Part shown: piece after piece, positions 39,120 to 45,322 of the stretch
How the letters are laid out: each line of letters opens with the position of its first letter
Numbering within the stretch: the stretch's first letter is position 1
NCBI GenBank assembly: GCA_001642005.1
Contig: LWCA01000168.1
Location: 1-45,322, forward strand
Direction of reading: 5' to 3'
Source: Intoshia linei
Taxonomy: Eukaryota > Animalia > Orthonectida
Length of the DNA stretch: 45,322 bases
The notes under the pieces: model-generated
Seen by the model: the letters and a program-made list of their open reading frames with translations, nothing else
Told to the model about the DNA's origin: nothing
The model's database searches: none
Made by a program: the position numbers and the translations under genes

Positions 39120-39442
39120 ATTATAACTCTTAGCCATTTCTTGACTTGACATTTTAAATTTAACACACAAAATAGTTATAATATCCAAAAAAATAATTTT
39201 TTAAATGCTTAATTTGGTAAAATGAGGGGCCACTTTACAAAAATGTTGTTGAGCCCACTCAAAAATTGTATCGGATACGGTCGGTACTGTCTAAGGAAAT
39301 CATATTATGTATAACACGAAAAAAATTAAATTAAATTTTATTAACATCAATATATTAAAATGTAAAGTGGTCAATATGTGCCTACGAAAAATAAACCATT
39401 TGGAGAAAGAATAGTGTATTTATTTAAAATTAAAAATAAACC

Positions 39443-42400
39443 TGGTAAAACGGTTTTAATAATTTTAACGTTTGGTAATATCCACATTTTTTTGGAAGAG
39501 TCATATTTACAAAATTGTTTAATTTTGTCAATTTCAAAATAATTTGAATCGGGGCGCAAGCATGGTTGGATTTTTTCAATTATTTGCTATACAAATATTA
39601 TTGTAAAAATTATGTATTATACAAAATATTCAATATATTATCAGTTATTAACTTGAATATATAATAATAATGTAAGTAAGGATACATATTATAATATACA
39701 ATATATGTATATTACCAGTCACGTCAAAAGGTGTGTTTTCGTGTTAAAAATGCACACTTGACGTTTATTTTTACACACTTCAAAAATGAAAATATTACAT
39801 TTAAAAGTTGCTCATTTTTTTCACTAGCTTTATACTCTTCCATTAATTTTTTGAAACTAATTTTAGTTTTTTCCTTGAAATTGGTAAAATTTTCTTCAAC
39901 ATTTACATTCTAAAATATGCATAAAAATTGAATTTTCAAAATAATTAAAAACTAATTTTGTTAAAATTATACCAAATCATTGGCACGTTGCAATTGTTTA
40001 ACCTTTTCTCGTAGTTCATTTTGTAAATTATCTATGATATTAACCATCATTTCTTCTCCTTCAATTGAATTTAATGCATCTATAAATACACATGTTCAAA
40101 TCATTAATTCACATAAATAATGATGTGAATATATGGAGATGTATGGACAGACAGAAGGTTAATAAGACTTCCCAAATTTTTATCTGCGAACCAGTATCGG
40201 TTCGTGAAAATTTTTTTTGGAAAAAATAGCAAATAAAACTACTAAATAAAAAATTAATATTAATATTAATATTAATAAATATTATAATTATTAAATATAT
40301 ATTATCGTATTTTTTTAATTTTGTCTAATAATTTCATTATTTTACAGTAAATTACCGGAAAGTGTGGGAACCCCTGAGTTAAAATATTAAACAAAATGGT
40401 ATCAAATCGTGCTGCGGGCCGTGTTGCACAAATCTATTAGACAGCAGTTTATTTTCCTAAACCATAAAAATGTTACCAATAATTTGTTGTTGTTTTTGCT
40501 CTGCATATGTAAGTTTCTTTTTATGCTGTAAAATCGCATCTTGGTCGTTTGCTTTTTCTCCTCCAATCAATTTTTCTTCAAGTTCAGTCAACCTTAAAAA
40601 AATATTTACATATATAAATATATTTTATATTTTATATGAGGGTGGCTTCAAAAACATGACGAATGAGAACCAAAAAATACATTTTACCAATTTAACGGGC
40701 CGCAACATTAAAAAATATACTCCAAAGGCAATTATAAATTTAAAAAGGAAAAATTTCACAGATTAATCAGAAAATTATTACGGGTATTTAGTGATTGTGA
40801 TTTCCCGGGAAATTAAAAATTAAATTTTACGGGAAAAATAAAAAATTTTTATTCATATATAGTATAGAACCATTAAAAATTTTAGAGACCTTAAATAATT
40901 TTAGAAACAAAAATAAATTTAATTAATGAAATAACACGAATCTAGATTGAAATTTACAAATTTAATTAGAAAAAAGTTTATCTATTTTATATAGTTTTAT
41001 AAAAGTGTTTCAAAACACACATAATATTGATAGATTTGTCTTTTAAACGCGTTCTACGTTTTGTAACGAAATTAGAAGCAGTAAAGAAGTTTCTTTCATT
41101 TTGTGTTGACGTAGGTTAAACGGTCATAAGGGATTCCTTTAATTTTAACAATCTTGATGACAGCGTTTCAGTTCGTAACAACTCATAATATTTTTCAAAA
41201 TAATATTGGAAAAAGAGGATAATTCCCTTAATCGTTAGTAATTTGTGGTTGGTATAAAAGCTTTTTAAAAAAGTGTTGGACAAAGGATATTTTTCCATTA
41301 AGGGCTGGAAAATTAAATTTTTTATTTGTGGTTTGATGAAGTGGATTTTTTTCATAAGATTTCGTAAAATCGGATTTTTGAAAAGAATATTACACCAATT
41401 AAAATTATAATTAATGTTTTATCAAGTCATAATATTAAAAAAGGTCCCAAATGTTAGAATTAGTATCGTAAAGTACAAAAAGTAAGAATTTGAGAATAAT
41501 TAGTACAGAAACAGAATTATTTCTAGAAAATATTAATTAATGCTAGGTAGTAAGCTAAGTAAATCAATCTTTTCAAAATATTTATTAAACAATTTTGCGA
41601 CCCGCACAATTTGATCTGATTGGACGCATGCGACCCGCGGGCCACGCTTTGGACCACCCTGTTTTTTATTATACTCAGTGTTTAAAAATTTGTAAAAAAA
41701 TTTGTCATTGCTACCCACTTTTGGTCACAAGTTGTGAAGTTTTGAATAACAACACTTAATACCACAAAGAAATGTTTTATCCATGAAGGAAGTCTCGCAC
41801 TCAATTTTAATTTTTTTATTATTGGTACTAATTATTACTACTACAACACGCAATTCATATTAAGAAATATGCAAATCGGGTGTTATTTGTATACATTGTA
41901 TGTTGCATACAATGCATAACCATGAAATTTATAACGATATTCGTAAATCTTTTTTTAAATGAAAGATAATTTTATTGATCCCTCCATGCACTTGTTGCAT
42001 AATTACAATGTACATAATCAATCGGGGAAAAAATTGGGGGAAATTGTTCTAAGCTAATAATTACCCTGATATGATTGTGTTTATAATGTATTTCGGCGAA
42101 CCTGGAACCAATAACTTATTGAAAAAATAAATGAATCTTTAAATATTTTTAAATTAATATCAAAATTCTTAAAATTGTATATAATAATTACAGCATTACT
42201 AAAGTGATTACACTACATTACACTATACAATTTACACGACATTGGTGGAACATATACAAGCGTAAGCACAATAACGGTAAAATTTAATTAAAATTAAAAT
42301 ACCTTTGCAGTGCTTGTTGACTATCAAATTCTGTAACTTCAGATTCACTAATCTAAGGGAAATACAATGTTTATACACTTTATTTAAATTTTAATACCGT

Positions 42401-43798
42401 TTTGAATGAATTATCATCATCAGATATAACTTTTGAAGAATTTTTAACTTTGGATATTTTTGTATTATAAGAACGATTCAATCTTTGAATTTCATCCTGT
42501 AACCTTTCCTTTGAATATTTCATATGATTATAATCATCTTTTATTGCACTCAATTTTTGTTCATATTCCTAATAAATGAGATTTATAATTTTTACAATAC
42601 AAATGAAAAATAATCTACTAAATACTACCAAGAGACGTTATTACCTTGCATGAAAAGTGTACTATTTGCATATTAGTTGTACTATAAAAAACAACGGAAC
42701 AGTATATTATTTTTGTATAGTGTAAATTGTTTAGGTATTAACTAGGGTTTCCCAAATTTTTCGAACCCATGACGCCATTAAGACCATACATTTTTTATTA
42801 TTCAAATAAATAAATATTCCCCACACCTGAACTAGGCCGTGTTATTTGAATTGTTATTATTATTTGATTATTTCAAATAATAATATTCAATTGTACCGTT
42901 TAAAATAAAAGAACTTTAAACCTTTTTTTGTAGTTTTCATATTTCTTATCATATAAATACGCCCACAGAGCGTAAACTTAATGATTAATAACATCAAAGT
43001 AAAAATGAAGAATTGTTAATTAAAAAAATTTAAAAAAATCAACACTAACTACAGTAATTAACACTGCTGTTATTATTAGCATACCACTCTCATAATAATA
43101 ATAATCTGTGATATTACATTTTTTATTAATTTAATTTGGTCTTCCAATTGTTCATTTAAATTATCATCTTTGAGGAATGTATTTGATTGCATTGGTGTAA
43201 TCGGTTGGTTTGAATCACTAATTTTAATTTTGGTAATATTTTCAATTTGAGAATGGTTAGACAACAATTCCCGTAAACGTTCAATTTCCATTTTGTATTC
43301 TCTTAATAGTGTGTCTTTGGGATCTTCATTAATGACTGGTTTATTTTTAATATTTTTTGCTCGATTGGCGTAGCGTAGGGTAGATAAAGTTTCACCATAA
43401 TTTACATCAGCGGGTGAAACACATGCAATCATTAATGTTTTTGTGTTTCCACCTAGTGAATCTTGTAAAAGTCGAGTCAACTTTGCATCACGGTAAGGGA
43501 CCTAAAATTTTATCTTAAACTTTAAAATTCTAGAAGATTGGTTTGAAATTTTAAAAAATAGTATGTAAAAATCAATTTTAAAGTAAATTTTTTGTTTAGT
43601 TCATGAAAATATTTATATTTATTGATATAATATAATAGAATCATTTGATATGATAGATATATAAGGGCGTTCAGAGTAGATTTTAAATTAATCTTACATG
43701 TTTGCATTTTGGATCAACCAGAGATGAAATAACATTTCCTAAAGCAGACAAAGATAGATTAATCTTTGTGGCTTCTTTTAATCTTTCTCCAATTGCTC
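39443..43798 (-). CDS. KIF17: Homodimeric kinesin-2 KIF17/OSM-3, motor C-half and stalk; 5' exons lie beyond the window, last exons unresolved (possibly to ~37500)
   Basis: Exons 43798-43698 ([22 protein letters not shown]), 43501-43118 ([24 protein letters not shown]), ~42568-42399, ~42352-42303, ~40593-40478 (LIGGEKAND), ~40080-39973, ~39909-39799, ~39587-39443 ([18 protein letters not shown]17-type tail). Confidence 0.85.
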
Positions 43799-43864
43799 CT
43801 AGTATACTATATTAATTTTGTAACACATGTACATTGTACAATGTATATTATAATACACTATGCA

Positions 43865-45322
43865 AAGGCTAATTCCTCGTTAACGGAAAAAAATTCCTGA
43901 TTAACAGACTGTGAATTTTTCTCAAGTACCAAAATTCCGTTAAATTTTAATTTAAAATTATATCATCATAATTTTTAAAAATATCAGACTACTCGACGGA
44001 AACAGTTTTCATAAATCTCAATTTATTATTAATTCAACTTATATATTGTTAATGGTATTATGTGGTTATAAAATATAATACATAAAATATTTTGGATTAT
44101 AAATAATTAAACCGGGAAATGAATACTTTGATTCTGATTAATATTAATTACATTAAACTTTGTAATCCTATTTACCTTAATCCTGTTAGTTAGACATCAA
44201 TCAGACACCGATTATTCTTGTTTCATTATTATTAATTTAACATAAACAATTCATTTAATTTGATTTTAAACAATACACTGACAATAATAAAAATCAAAAT
44301 TAGAAAATCATTTTCTCTACAACAAAAAAAACAAATTTTGGATAATATCAAAATATACCAACAAAAATTTGTCTATAAAAAGTAGTCTTGCATCGTTAAC
44401 TGTTTCAGATATTAAAAAAAACGAAAAAAAGATTCTTAAACAATTTAATAAAAACACAATTATTGGAAATAAAAATAACAGTAAACGCATTATTAGCTTA
44501 GATAATGTAAAATTTGATACAGTTCTGATCAGTAAATTATTTTATTTCAGTGAGTGGATACGTAATAAAAAAACAAGCAAAACAACAAGATTTTAAAAAA
44601 AAAATGAATAGCGAAGATTGTGGTGGATTAAAAAAGTTCAAAACCAGTGATGGATGGCTAAGATCAATCAAACGTAGGTATGATATATCCTATAAAACGT
44701 TGTCTGGTACCAAAGCATCATTTAGTCAAAATGATTTCTTTCATAATTTCAAAGATAAATTAATTGAGTATGAAACATAAAGGACATTTTTAATGCCGAT
44801 GAAACTGCACTATATTATAAAAAATTGCCTACGAAAAGTTACATCTTTAGTGCACAGGAATCTACTAAAAAGATTAAAGATAATAAAAATATAACAATAA
44901 TATTATTTAACTGTACTGCTCTTGGTGAAAAAATCAAACCGTTATTCATTGGAAAAAGTGTCAAACCACAGTGTTTCAAGGGATTAAATATGAATGAACA
45001 ACCTTCCTATTATGAAAGTAATTCAAAAGCATGGATGAAAAGTCGAATATTTCAAGATTATATAAATAATTTAAATAATTTATTTTACAAAACTAATAGA
45101 AAGGTTCTTATTTTGATAGACAAGGCTACATGCCATTCTGAAATGAAACTATCTAATGTTGAGACAATGTTTTTACCTGCCAATACTACATCCTTGTTAC
45201 AACCATGTGATCAAGGTGTAATCTGATCGTTTAAGTGTATTTATACACAGATATATATTAGAAATTTAATTAACAAAGAAAACCTTAAAATCAAAAATAT
45301 GAGAGGAATCACTATTCTTGAC
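43865..45322 (+). mobile_element. Decayed Tigger/pogo transposon (left TIR plus frameshifted transposase ~44290 to window end) in a KIF17 intron
   Basis: TIR ggctaattcctcgttaacggaa. RKSFSLQQKKQIL, FKTSDGWLRSIKRRY, DIFNADETALYYK, SNSKAWM, LILIDKATCH, LQPCDQGVI*; split over several frames with stops. Confidence 0.92.

Overview
Very AT-rich, gene-dense animal genomic scaffold with many 34-45 nt GT-AG introns. The Wnt, KIF17 and MYLIP genes indicate a metazoan; the intron size and compaction resemble reduced parasite genomes such as the orthonectid Intoshia (inference, not verified). Manual splicing gives ten host genes: non-muscle myosin II heavy chain (5' part), RPL36A, NDUFB9, a 5'-truncated 7TM GPCR, a 3'-truncated COPB2, GTF2E2, MYLIP, MED21, a divergent Wnt and KIF17/osm-3 (3' part). 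An eleventh gene is the most interesting: an intact, spliced pogo-transposase-derived gene (acidic N-terminus, psq-HTH, CENP-B-HTH, DDE_1-like domain) with two of three catalytic aspartates lost, which looks like a domesticated transposase. Long introns and spacers hold DNA transposon debris: a piggyBac-ended element with a nested Chapaev3-like element, hAT derivatives with 8-bp TSDs, a decayed Tigger with related MITEs, and a Helitron/DINE-1-like dispersed family. Two single-N joins (7843, 14457) are assembly breakpoints. All calls are by-eye motif recognition; no searches were run.
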